From Hydrolagus colliei (Eukaryota): a stretch of 64,000 nt of DNA. This document shows positions 35,701 to 46,917 of this stretch, piece after piece. The stretch spans positions 5,766,001 through 5,830,000 of the forward strand of contig CM068767.1 of assembly GCA_035084275.1 (NCBI GenBank), written 5' to 3'. Made by a program: the position numbers and the translations under genes. Under the pieces are notes generated by a model. It had not been told where the DNA came from, did not search any database, and worked only from the letters and a program-made list of their open reading frames with translations. Numbering within the stretch: the stretch's first letter is position 1; every line of letters starts with the position of its first letter.

Positions 35701-36866
35701 CCAAGCCACCAAGGGTAATCTCCAGTTGGCCACTCAACACCTCAGCCCGCTGGCCGAGAGGGACAACCGGGATTTGGAATTTCTCTTGGGATTCCTGGAT
35801 AGCAACGTGCGTCGCCTTGTCGCCCAGGTAAGAGGGATCGTAGGCTAGCATGGAGCTCCCTGTCCTGTAGCTCAGAGGTTCGGTAGAGCACTCACTCACC
35901 CTAACAAGCGTTGAGAGACCCGTGTTCAAATCCAGGCAGGTCAGGTCAGGATCAGGGCAAAATCTTGGGCAAGTTTGCTTACTCTATATACACACACGCG
36001 CACACACACACACACCTGATAATAATACCTCCACATTAAAAAAATTGTTCATTTCAACCCACGGCTGTTTGTGGGGGGGACGCTGCTGTGCGCAATTGGC
36101 TGCCGTGTTTCGCCCACAAATATACAGTCAATTTGCTTTACAGTATATTCTGTGAAGCGCTTTGAGATAGAGTCTAAAAGACGTGAAAAAGCACTATATC
36201 CAATGCAAGGATTATTATTATAGGAACTCTGTTCCCTAACCCTCTCTGTAGATCTCTGTGCCATCATTCGACCATCTCCCAAACCGAAGTTGCTCGTTCT
36301 ATCATTCATTCAGTGGAACCTGTCACCCTTTACTGTAAAGTGACTGTGTATGTTGCGGGGGGGGGGGGGGGGGGGGGGGGTGGAATGCGGCACGCCTCTG
36401 TGCACAGCAACGTCTCCACAAACAGCGGGGAAGTGAGTGACCAATTTTCTGTCCTCAGGATTGTCGGCAGGACACTTAAGAGAGAATAGGTCCAAGGGAT
36501 CTATACCAAATGTGCATAAACGAGTGTATTGGGTAGCGCGGGCAGTGGAAAAACTTCTGTTTAAAGACACAATTTCCCTCCCCCTTGCATTTGTTCTGTG
36601 TGTGTGTATGTGTGTAGGCCTCAGCAGTTCATACTCAAAGTGCCACCATTCAGTATTTGGTTTCCCACCCCACCCTCTTTTTCTCTCTCTCTCTCTGCAT
36701 TAAAAGCGCCAGCTAATTAGTATAATGGACTGCTGTTTATTGAAGTGATTGATTTAAAAGTGGAGCTGGAGATGCGGTATGCGCTTTTTCAGCGAGGAGA
36801 ATTAATGAGCAAAGTGACTATCCATAAGTGGTGCATTAAAGGTTCTCCCAACAATTTCTGAGTTTG

Positions 36867-36902
<36 letters not shown>

Positions 36903-39575
36903 GCACCTCCTCTCAGTCAACAACTAGAAGTGTCTGACTTTTGGTGACTTGTTCTGAAGAGTTTTGACGTGTTTATGGAGCTCCTTTCACGTCGGGAGGA
37001 TGTCCCAAGGCGCTGAACAGTCCCGGACGGGACCCGAGCAAGGGAGAGAGGCAGGGTGGTGGGTGGGGGTGGGGGAAGTTCTAGTTGTCTCAAAGTGCTT
37101 CACAGAACATACTGTAAAGTAAATTGACTGTATGTTTGTGGGCGAAACACGGCAGCCAATTGCGCAATTGCGCAGCGTCCCCCACAAACAGCCGTGGATT
37201 GAAAGGAACCAATTTTTTATTATGGGTTGTTTTTGGACGGATTATATTATTAGGCGCGTGGAGTATGGAAACTTGCCCAATTAGAATAGAGAAGCGAGTT
37301 TCTCTCCCGCTGTGTCAGCCCGCCAACCCTTCAGGAGAAAATGATCGATCTCTTCTTCAACAACAAAATGACGCTTTCACGTAGCGCATTTCACGTCAGG
37401 AGAACGTCCCAAGCGCTCTGAGACGCCGTCCGGCGTGGAGGGCACTATATAAATCAAAGTTGTTGTTGTTGTCCCAAGACCCGAGCTGGGGTTAGACTCG
37501 AGTAGTTGAGATTGTGGGCCTGGTGGATGTCAGTCTTAGCCTTGCGTTTTCTATCACATTCCTGGCAATAAAACTCATGGCTGGAAAGTATAGGAACTGG
37601 GTCCTTGTTATCCTTATTTGGTTTGAAGCTCTCACCTCTCCATAGTGACTCCCAGACTAACTGTAATTCAGAACATCTGACTCTCCCGAGTGTCTTTAAC
37701 CCTGCGTTTACTTAACAAGCGGAACAGGCATAGGATGAGGCCATTCAGCCCATCAAGTAACTTACACTACATTAGATCTTGGCAGATCTTTCATTCCAAT
37801 GCCATATCTCTTCTGCTGAAGTCTCTGTAAGCTTCCTCATTAATTCTACTTCAAACAGTTTCCTATGTCAGAGCGTTCCACATCTTCACAGCCCTGCGCT
37901 AGAGGGAGTGAGTTCCACAGGTGAGGGGGAAGGAGGAACTGAGCTTTGGGTCCTGGATTGGGAAAGGCGGGTGTTGCCGGGCAAACGGAGAGGCCATGGG
38001 TGGAACGTGTAAATTGCACCAAAGTGCTGATCAAATGTGTGGGATTGACATGGAGCCAGAGGGTAAATACTGTCACTGGAAGCCTTCCAGGAAGTTCTGG
38101 GAGCTTGGCCAAACACATCTTCTTGAAGCCTAGAATATCTAATGGGGTTTCCAAATTAGCCTGATTGACTCTCAATTGCTGAAACTTTTACTGGGGCCCA
38201 TTTCTGGGGGAAAAAGCCCAGAGCCCTATTTTCTTTCTCAGTGTCCTTTTTGTGGACGTGTTTTTAAGTCTGTTCCTCTTTAACAGGATGTTAGCTTGAG
38301 CAGCCTCCTGGCCCCATTATGTCACGTTGACCAGACCTGATCCTCATTACTTAACTCCTGGTGCTTTTTTTTAACATCAACTTGCACTTTTTTAACATCA
38401 ACTTGCATAAAGACATTCACGCAAGATGCCTAGCATCTCGCGAGGGCATAATGTCAAGGTGGGGGGAGGGAGGAGGTGAGTGTCAGCACGGTCAAAGAGG
38501 GAGGTCCTCAGTCGCGATCAAAAAGAGGACGAAGGAGGAGGCAAGATGGAGGGAGGGGAGAAATTTCTCAAGCTACGAGAGATGGCGCAATGGCTGAAAG
38601 GGCGGATGTGTTGGCGGTGGAGCAGGGGGGCGGGCGAGGGACAAGCAGGAGGCCAGACTAATGTGAACTTAATAATTATAATAATAATCCTTGCATTTGA
38701 TATACATAGGCCTTTTCACATCTTATTGACGTCCTAAAGTGCTTCACAGAATATACTGTGCAGTGATTTGACTGTACACATTTGTGGGTGAAACACAGCA
38801 GCCAATTGAGCAAGGCAGCGTCCCCCCCACACAAACAGTCGTGGATTGAAAACGACCAATTCTGATTGGTGTGTATTATTGGGGACGGATTATTATTAGT
38901 TGTGTGTGTGTGTGTGCGCGCGTATGTGTGTGGGTGTGTGGGGGTGTGTGGAGTAAGGAAACTTGCCCGAGGTTTCGCCCTGAACCTGCCCGGATTCGAA
39001 CGCGCAGCTCTCTCGCGCTTGTTAAGGGACCGCGCACTCTAACTGGGTTACTTTGGTTCGGGCAGGCGGCATCCCAGGAGGCGAAGACCTTGGCCGGAGA
39101 GAGTCGCCAGGAGAAGGCTCTGCGTTGTCACACGGTGGCTGTGCTGGCCAGCGACTCTGCCGGGCACGTGCGGGCGCGGGCCGCGTGCCTGGCCAGGCTG
39201 AGGCAGTACGAGAGAGCGGTGGGCGACCTGAGCCGACTCATCGACCGGCGCGGCTCCCCCGAGCCGGTGGCGGACTACTGCGCCAGGGGCCACGTCAGGC
39301 TGCTGGCCCTCAGGGACCTCGAGGCTTGCCAGGACTACGCGGAGGCCCTGAGGCTCGACCAGCCGGCCGCCCTGGCCCTCATCGCCCGCAGGCCCGGTCG
39401 GTCCGCGCTGTCCCAGCGCTTCCACCGCGCGGCTCTCGGCCGCTTCGAGCGAGGGCTCCACCAGGAGGCCTGGAGACTGGCGGACAGTGGGATGGTGGTG
39501 GACGAGGCCAACGTTGAGCTCAGGAGACTGAAAGCCAGGATCAAGAGGGAGGATTCCAGCTGCGTGGTTCACTAG
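27083..39575 (+). CDS. TTC34: Tetratricopeptide repeat domain 34 (whole gene span, 7 coding exons, 2997 nt, 998 aa from this ATG)
   Basis: Exons join in frame through GT-AG introns of phase 2,0,1,0,1,0. The peptide matches recalled TTC34 blocks ([32 protein letters not shown]; [13 protein letters not shown]; [11 protein letters not shown]). It lies directly upstream of MMEL1 on the same strand, as in human. Confidence 0.9.
28565..28770 (-). mobile_element. L2-like 3' fragment (antisense); a related copy lies at about 28940-29065
   Basis: Reverse complement resembles the L2 ORF2 C-terminus and 3'UTR ([14 protein letters not shown]). Confidence 0.65.
29138..29363 (+). CDS. TTC34: TTC34 coding exon 2
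   Basis: Acceptor cctccag|G; DALGVHYL...YDANQ; donor CAG|gtagtt. Confidence 0.92.
29486..29809 (+). mobile_element. Same SINE family, full length (TTC34 intron 2)
   Basis: Head, core and tail present. Confidence 0.9.
30090..30665 (-). mobile_element. Divergent SINE copy split by the CR1 insertion (body 30090-30283, head 30551-30665)
   Basis: The consensus ggagggattatt|attaggcgtgtg junction is broken exactly by the CR1 fragment. Confidence 0.8.
30284..30552 (+). mobile_element. CR1-clade LINE 3' end, itself interrupted by an L2-type tail at about 30362-30430
   Basis: gtggaattctttaccccaaagggctg..atattcaagaccgagataggtagattt and the CR1 tail ggctcgatgggccgaatggcctactcct..tatgttctta. Confidence 0.8.
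30717..30909 (+). CDS. TTC34: TTC34 coding exon 3
   Basis: Acceptor tttcag|CTG; [14 protein letters not shown]...[13 protein letters not shown]; donor G|gtgagg. Confidence 0.92.
30955..31303 (-). mobile_element. Same SINE family, full length (TTC34 intron 3)
   Basis: Reverse head, core and tail. Confidence 0.9.
32795..32961 (+). CDS. TTC34: TTC34 coding exon 4
   Basis: (CT)n tract plus ttag acceptor; [14 protein letters not shown]...LCKQE; donor GAG|gtacag. Confidence 0.92.
34516..34764 (-). mobile_element. Same SINE family, head missing
   Basis: Reverse core and tail. Confidence 0.85.
34872..35139 (+). CDS. TTC34: TTC34 coding exon 5
   Basis: Acceptor cgcag|GAA; [11 protein letters not shown]...[10 protein letters not shown]...[13 protein letters not shown]; donor G|gtgcgt. 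Confidence 0.92.
35186..35540 (+). mobile_element. Same SINE family, full length; fills most of TTC34 intron 5
   Basis: Head, core and tail present. Confidence 0.9.
35613..35827 (+). CDS. TTC34: TTC34 coding exon 6
   Basis: Acceptor ctacag|GA; GMYEDAL...RRLVAQ; donor CAG|gtaaga. Confidence 0.92.
35852..36221 (+). mobile_element. Same SINE family, full length
   Basis: Head, core and tail present. Confidence 0.9.
37080..37280 (-). mobile_element. Same SINE family, partial
   Basis: Reverse core and linker. Confidence 0.8.
37710..38135 (-). mobile_element. Antisense CR1 tail (about 37710-37890) adjoining an antisense L2 fragment (about 37900-38135)
   Basis: aggccattcagcccatc (reverse CR1 tail), cgttccacatcttcaca; the L2-like part reads LWNSLPL on the minus strand. 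Confidence 0.55.
38671..39043 (-). mobile_element. Same SINE family, near full length, abutting the TTC34 last acceptor
   Basis: Reverse tail, core and head ending in cactctaac. Confidence 0.88.
39066..39575 (+). CDS. TTC34: TTC34 terminal coding exon
   Basis: Acceptor ggcag|GCG; AASQEAKTL...[16 protein letters not shown], stop TAG at 39573-39575. Confidence 0.9.
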   Translation, partial: AASQEAKTLAGESRQEKALRCHTVAVLASDSAGHVRARAACLARLRQYERAVGDLSRLIDRRGSPEPVADYCARGHVRLLALRDLEACQDYAEALRLDQPAALALIARRPGRSALSQRFHRAALGRFERGLHQEAWRLADSGMVVDEANVELRRLKARIKREDSSCVVH

Positions 39576-42500
39576 CACGACCTCTCCCTCCCTCCCTCTC
39601 TCCCTCTCTCCCCCACCCAACCACCTCCCCTCCACCCATCCCATCTCCTCACCTCCAACCCACCGCCCCCCAGCCCAGGACTCACGGAGATTGGCAACGC
39701 CCTCAAACCCCATTGGGTCCCCTTTGGCAGAACAGAACCGAGACTGATGGCCGGTGGGGTGTTTGGTGACGATCGAGCCTTGAGGGATCGAGCGGGTTCT
39801 GAACCTCTGGCCTCGAGACCGATCGCACGGCAGCAGACGTCTCGCTGCGAGCCGCAAGGCAGGGTCACTCGGAAACGTTCAACCGTGTCTCTCGGTGACT
39901 TATTACGGGGCTAGTAAACTCCACCACACGCAACAAACACCTCCCTCGATTTGACTCCCTGACGGCGAGAATGAGACTTTGTGGAAACATGTCCGCCGGC
40001 CTTGTGTTAGGCGAGGGACTCGATTGTCTGTTCGTGAGTGATAGAGGAACTCCACCTGGTGCGAGATTTTACTCTGTACATCGCTTTATTTTAAAAGCCC
40101 CCCCCCCGCTCCTCACACCCCCGCCTCTCACCCCAGATTCAGCAGAATTTTTGAATCCAGCTTTATTTAATTTCCAAGTCGGCTTTTCTGTGAAGGCACG
40201 CACCAGGCACAATCCACTTCAAAGCTAAAAGACCGAATCCAAGCCATTTGCCAAGTTCTCGATGCTTCTCCAATGCCGGATTTGGATCCAGATGAGAATT
40301 TTCAATCCTGTAAATGTTCACGTCTTGATCTTTTAAATATCGTCTAATCCTGACGAATGTGTTTTGCCTGGAGTAAGCTTCTACAGCGCGCTGTCTCCCA
40401 CCTAAATCAAACACACACACACACACTCTCTTTGAAATTGACAATGCGCCTTAGCACGTCGCCGAAATACTGCTCTCTCTCTCTCTCCCTTTTTTTTCTC
40501 TCTCTTTCTCTCAGTCCTCTGAAGGTTCCTTCAGTGATTTGAGCTTTGAGTGCACGGGGTCTCACCAAATTAAAAATAAATTCAAACGCAAATATTAATC
40601 ATGGATCGTTGTCAAGGGGCCTCCCTACACATGCGCGCCCGCTAATTATCCACCACAATCGTGTGGTTACAAATGTCTGGGAAATTGTAATGGGAGTTTG
40701 GGTCCACATGAGACAGCTCGGAATACAAAACCACCCATCCTCCCGGAAATGCCAGCTTGGTTCCTGCCCAGCTCGTTCCTGGCGATCTGCTTAGGAAACG
40801 TTGCGTAGGCAGTCGAGAGCCGATTGGGATGTTCGACGGATCTGTGTTCCAAGTGTGTAAGTAAGAGAGAAGGTAGTGTGTGCTTAACGTGGGTCTCTCT
40901 GGCACGCTCGCTCGCTCGCTCACTCTTTCTTGCTGTCTCCTCACACCCCACCCCAAGATATAATAGATATACACACACACACACACACGTGTGCGTGTAA
41001 TGCCAGCTCCCCCACTCACTCACTCACTCACTCTGTCTTTCTCTGGCACACACACACAAAGCACTTTGCTGCATTTGTATGTTATTAGCAAGGTTACATT
41101 TTCTGGCTTGACTCAAGTCTTTTATTCGGCTGACACGAAGTCTTTTTGTTCGTGCATTTTTGTACCTGACAGAGATAGGTGAATCAAAGAATTTTTGAAA
41201 CACTTTGCAATCTTAAATACCTCGGTCAGAATCCCCTTCCCGCCCCCATCCACCCTCCCACACACACACACACACACGCAAACACACTTCACAAACCCAG
41301 CCACCTGATCACCTTGTTTCTGACAATATTGCATATTTGAATAACTGAAAACAAACGATCAAAGGAGTTTGCGAATCACGCTTTTGGGTTAGCAAACATG
41401 GATTGCTAATGAGTCGTTTTATATACAGTGTAAAGTGGGTGTCGTGTGGCCATTGTAGTCAAATTGCCAGCTTGGGCGAAGTGTCTTTTCAGCTCCTTTT
41501 CCCGAGGTCTCTCGACAGATTGTGAAGAGGAGCAGCAATAAGGTAAATAAATGATGGGGTGTGCGGTTGTGCGGGAGTTAATGGTGGGTGATAGGGAAGT
41601 GGAAATTCATTTATTTAGTGCCACAAGTGGGTTAGGGCCTCTGGATTTGTGGCAGCGAAAAAAAATTGTGGGCGGAGGGGGTGGGTGGAGGGGAGCGAGG
41701 GCGGAGAGGGAATTTCTGGTTGTAAAGTAAATCTTTGTATTGTGATACAGCCTCTTTAACAATGGGAGATCTCAAATCGTCTCTGCGAAGTGTAGTGACT
41801 GTGTTTTTTTGTAGGCAAACACCGCAGCACACGTTTGCGCACAGCAAACAGCCCCACAAACAGCCGCAAAGTGAACGGACCCTTTTAAAAAACTATATAG
41901 ATATATATAATTTGGGGAGGTGGGGAAAGAGAGAAAAATTCCTTCACCAAGGAGGGTTATAAGTAATAATCCCTTTAAAAATAACTCACATCATTTTATT
42001 TGACTTATTTGTGGGTCTCGACCGTGCGCGATTGGCTGTTTGGCCCACCAAACAAACTTGCAGCCAGTTCACTTCCGATTACATTCCACGAAGCGTTTTG
42101 AGACGTTCTCGAAGGCGCGATGAGGCAAACCACATCACATGTCCAGGATAATTACTATTCATATTATTATTAATATTGTTGGCGTTTTCAAATCGGTTAT
42201 CAACGCAAGTGATCAGCGACCGAAAAAAACCCGACTCGTGCACAGAGATGAAGCAAACGTGACAACGATGATGATGATGATGATGATGAAGAGGCTTCTC
42301 AATGCTTGATCTGCCATAAACACTCCCGATGGCTCGAAATAGTGAAAAAGTGTGTGTTGGCAGGGTTTAAAGTGAGCAAATGAACCCAGAGGAAGGGGCT
42401 CGCAGGACCACTCCGCGAGTCCAATGACAGTAAATGGTATTATTCGTGGCGGAGGGGAAACCAGAGGCCATATGGACGATGGCACGGGCAGAGAGGGGAG

Positions 42501-42722
42501 AGAAACAGAGATAGAGAGAGATAGAGAGAGAGCACTTCCATAGTAATTGCTGTCGAGTGCAATGACTGTTCATTTGTGGGCAAAAATGTGACAGCCAGTT
42601 CCGCACCCTGCAAAGTCCACATTGACAGTGTGTCTCAACCCTCCGTCACCTCGACTCACCACACATCACTCGATTGAGTATAGGAGGGAGCCAGGTGTTA
42701 GCTCCCCCCCCTCCCACCCCTT

Positions 42723-42804
42723 TCCCCCGACCCCCTCCATACCCCCATCCAAGACCACCACAGTCCCCCGACCCCCTCCATACCCCCAACCAAGACCACC
42801 ACAG
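42723..42804 (+). repeat. Two-copy 41-bp C-rich tandem repeat
   Basis: tcccccgaccccctccataccccca(t/a)ccaagaccaccacag x2, one mismatch. Confidence 0.9.
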
Positions 42805-43129
42805 TCCAACGCATTTTTCTTAAATTTGGAAATTCTTTTCTAAACCAATTTTATTTTTGAATCCACAAGTAATATTTCCCCTCCCGGGTCAAATCGCTTC
42901 TCTATATCGGTGGAGAGGAGGGGTAGGTTTTAATTTAAAGCCCCCTCAATAAAACACGAACATTTGGTGAAAAGTTGGCAGATTCTGATTGAATGAAGCA
43001 AGTTTGATTCATTTGCCCGTCTGGTGAGGTCAGAGATGTCCATTGTCACTGAAATTCACAATCCACGTGTTGAAAAAATAGGACCTCTAATATAACAGGA
43101 CTTCCTATACCCTTCTCCCCCCACCTCCC

Positions 43130-43165
<36 letters not shown>

Positions 43166-43599
43166 ATGCATACACACACCAACTAACAACTTGCAAATTA
43201 CAGAGAGCCCTCCATCCAGGGTAGTATTTCAGAACACACACACACATACTAGAAAATCAACTTAGACCGTGTGCTCAAAGTCACACTCTTTGGGGCTTGA
43301 TCCCCCAGCCCTAACCCACCCCCCCCAAAACCCTCCGACCCAGAGGCAAAAGAAAGAGGGAAACAGAGACAGACAGTGCTACCAACTCAGCCTGGCGGCC
43401 ACAGTAAATTTTAATTAGGTTCATCACTATAGATGGTCACTGCAAGCAACCGATCCATTTCAAAGTTAATTGACGAGTGTCACCAGGCAGGGGCGCACGC
43501 GCGCGCGTGTGTATGTGTGTGACACAGACTGTCATCTGCATGTGTCACTAGTCGAGTGAGCTATTTACCCCTCCCCTCCTCCCCTCCCCGCCTCAAATC

Positions 43600-43840
43600 T
43601 GTGCCTGGCTTCATTTGGGATTCCGAACCACCTGCCCACCTCTGGCAATTGGCCTCCAGATTTTGCGGTGTGAGAGAGCGGGCTGAAAGGCGATTTGCAT
43701 CTGAATGCGCGACTGCTAATTCAGTCGCAGTTTGAGAAAAGTGTCAGTCGGTGGAAGCTGGGCTGCTGTGGCGGAGGCTTTTGGCAGCTGTCTCCCCACC
43801 TGCAGATTCCTCCAGCAAAACGGCGGTGAATCGTGTGAGT
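43600..43840 (+). promoter_or_regulatory. Candidate MMEL1 promoter or non-coding first exon
   Basis: Unique sequence with the octamer ATTTGCAT (43693-43700) and a strong donor GTGAGT (43835-43840). MMEL1's ATG exon starts at an acceptor, so an upstream UTR exon is required. The assignment to this site is inference. Confidence 0.3.
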
Positions 43841-44129
43841 GTAACAAGTTTATTGATCACCCACACACCCTCCTCCCCACCCCCTCCCCCCCCCACCACC
43901 ACCGTCCCCCTCCCCACCACCACCCACCCATCTCATCTCTCCCCCCATCTCTCTCGTGTTTCTTTCCCTTCATTTCGTCCGTCCCCTTTCGCAGGAACAT
44001 GTTGAAATCATCATCCTCTTTTGAATATCCATTTGATGAATTGAATCAGCTGTTATTACTCTTTTTCTCTCTCTCTCTCTTTCTCTGTTTCCCCTGCTCT
44101 CTGTGCGTTGGGTTCAAGGTGAATTCTTA

Positions 44130-44425
44130 AGTCCCTTTCTCCATCCAGCAGTCCCTCCGCCTCGCACCCCCCCACCCCCCCACCCCACACCACACCACCC
44201 CACAACCCCCTCCCTCCCTGGCCTCCTTCAAGTCTTGCTTCAAGACTCTCCTCTTCGATGGACCCATCGGAAAATCCTAATCCCCCCCCCTCCACTTACC
44301 TCCCCACCCCAACCCACGTCCTCAGCTCGGGTCTGAAGCAGTGACCCAAGCAACTGTCTTGAGACATCCTCCCGACGTGAAAGGCGCTATATACAAGTGG
44401 TCATTTTCTTGTTGTTGTTGTTGTT
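44130..44425 (+). mobile_element. L2 3' end fragment
   Basis: Same subfamily as 14400-14620; tail cgacgtgaaaggcgctatata..(ttg)n. Confidence 0.8.
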
Positions 44426-44689
44426 TCTGGAGGCTGAGACGCGGAACTGGGACCTATTATCACAGGTGGCTGGGAGAGTGGTGCAAACAGAAGGCAATAT
44501 TTAGTGGGGGGCGGTGGGGAGGGGGGGGGGAGAGAGAAAGGTAGAGAGGAGGTGAGCATGAAAAATTCTCAAAGGATGGACTGAAATGGAGTGATTGAGA
44601 ATTATCAGTTGCTCACTTCATATTATTATAATTCTATTATTGTAGAATTATGCCGTACGCGAAGAGGCCATGCGGCCCACCGTAACTCT

Positions 44690-45006
44690 AATAATAATAA
44701 TATGAAAGTCGTCTTCTAGACGTCTCAAAGCGCTTCACAGAATGTACTGTAAAGTGAATTGACTGTATATTTGTGGGAGAAACGCGGCAGCCGATTGCGC
44801 ACAGCAGCGTCCCCCACACACAGCCGTGGATTGAAAGCGATCAATTTAATATTGTGTGGGTTTTTTTGGAGGGATTATTATCAGGCGTGTGTGTGTGTGT
44901 GGAGTAAGGAAACTTGCCCAAGGTTTCGCCCTGACCTGCCTGGATTCGAAACACAGGTCTCACGCTTGTGAGGCAAGTGCTCTAACCACTGAGCTAAAGG
45001 AGCTCC
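44690..45006 (-). mobile_element. Same SINE family, near full length
   Basis: Reverse head and core, partial tail. Confidence 0.88.
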
Positions 45007-45054
45007 ATGAGGCAGGGGCAGGCTGGACATTGTGATCTTAACAGTAAATAAATA

Positions 45055-45170
45055 ACTATGCCGGCTCTTTGAAGAGAGCTGTCCAAATCAATCCCACTTC
45101 CCCCCGTTCTCTCCCCGTAGCCCTGCAAACATCTCCTCCTCCCCAAATAATTCTGAAAGATTCGTGGTTT
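45055..45170 (-). mobile_element. CR1 3' fragment (antisense)
   Basis: gagagctgtccaaatcaatcccacttcccccgttctctccccgtagccctgcaaa resembles a reverse shark CR1 3' region. Confidence 0.5.
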
Positions 45171-45657
45171 CATGTTTGTGAGTGAGAGCTGTTTGCAATA
45201 CTGGCTGCGCCTTTGCCCCGCGAAACACACCAGTCACCAACCGCACTTTACAGTATAGCTTGTGGAGGTACAGTTTTGCGAACTGAAGTTTCTTGCTCTT
45301 TTTTGTATTGTCTCTAGTGGTGGTAGGGCGGGTGGGGTGGGGGGGGGGGGAAGTGGGGGGGCGCTAGGAGTCCCCTAGCTTCATGTTGTGTACTGCTGTA
45401 GACTAGCCTAGCTGGACATGGCTTCAATGGATCAGAACTCAACCGTTCCTGAATTCTGCCCCCCTTTTTTTATGGAATGATTCCCCACTCTCGAATTCAC
45501 CCCCTAACTCGGTTCTAAACCCTTGACTATCCAACCTCAGGACGCACCCCATCACCCCCTCCCCCCCACATACCCCCACCCTCCCCGACACGAAAGGTTC
45601 TGTAGAAATGCAATTGTTGTTGTTGTAATAATCCATGCGTTCACCCTTTACTTCCTT

Positions 45658-45930
45658 GGAGCTGTTGTAGCTCAGTGGTTAGAGCGCTTGCCTTACAAGC
45701 GTGAGACCTGTGTTCGGATCCAGGCAGATCAGAGCGAAAGTTTGCGCAAGTTTCCTTACTCCACACCCACACGCCTGATAATTATCCCTTCAAAAATAAA
45801 TAAAAATTGGTCATTTCAATCCACGGCTGTTTGTGGGGGACGCTGCTGTGCGCAATTGGCTGCCACATTTCGCCCACAAATATACAGTCAATTCACTTTA
45901 CAGTATATATTCTGTGAAGAGCTTTGAAAC
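45658..45930 (+). mobile_element. Same SINE family, tail truncated
   Basis: Head and core present. Confidence 0.88.
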
Positions 45931-46812
45931 AGCCACTTAATGATCCTTTATTCGAGAATATAGTTATGATGCGATTCACTTCTGAAAGGTTTCAGATCCT
46001 GGGTGGGGAGTGGGGTGAGTGGGTGGGGGAGTGGGTGGGTGGTGTGGGGGGGCGAAGGGGTGAATGTGTGGAGAAGATGGCTGAGAAAACAGTTGGTTTT
46101 TTTGAAAAAAAATGTGTGTGTAGAGACATGAAAACATTCGTTGATCACACGCACAAAACCATCAACTGGCTATTTAATCATTCGCGAAGTGTCTGAGCTG
46201 AGCTGAGATAGCTGGCAAGTCACTAATCGCCTTTCCACCCCCTTTTTGTTTGGATAAATCTGTTTATATGGGAGTCCAACGATTCTGAATCACGTAAGCG
46301 ATGTCAACCTCACCCCGCCCCCCCACCACCCGCACTCACCCTCACAAAGCAATCTCCCTGAGTACATATGGAAATCTGCAGCAATGTTGATAGCCAATTA
46401 AGAACTAATCACAGAAAAGCTGCAACGCTCCGAAAATCCATTTTCCGTAATGAAGGACAATTAGACATGAATATTGGATTTAATTGAGTGCCCTTTTAAG
46501 ATTCTGCGCTTCTCTTTCTGCTTAGACAAGGACTCAAAATAAATACCCAGAGTCTCTCAGCGGAGATTCTCTACCGTGCAACATAAATTGAGGTTCGGGT
46601 CTAACCTCTGCCTCAAAAGATTCCTCTGCACTGTTCGGAAATCGATCCCTATAGTGTCTGGAAACCAGCCCCACTCCCCCTCCACCACAACCCCCCCCCA
46701 CCCCCAGATAAAACTGGTCATTCACTATCCCCACTGTTTTTGGCACCTAGCGCTGTGTGTGCAAATTGATTGCAATATTCACCTAGATAACGTACAGCTG
46801 CTACACGTTAGT

Positions 46813-46917
46813 AGCCACCCACACAACACGAGAGGCGCTGAAGGCTGGTGTTTTTGTTGTTACGTACAGCGATGTGCCCTTTGGGGGCGAGTGCGACACA
46901 TCTCATTACCTTGAAAA
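46813..46917 (+). repeat. Left copy of the 105-bp direct repeat flanking the L2
   Basis: 104/105 identical to 48415-48519. Confidence 0.95.
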
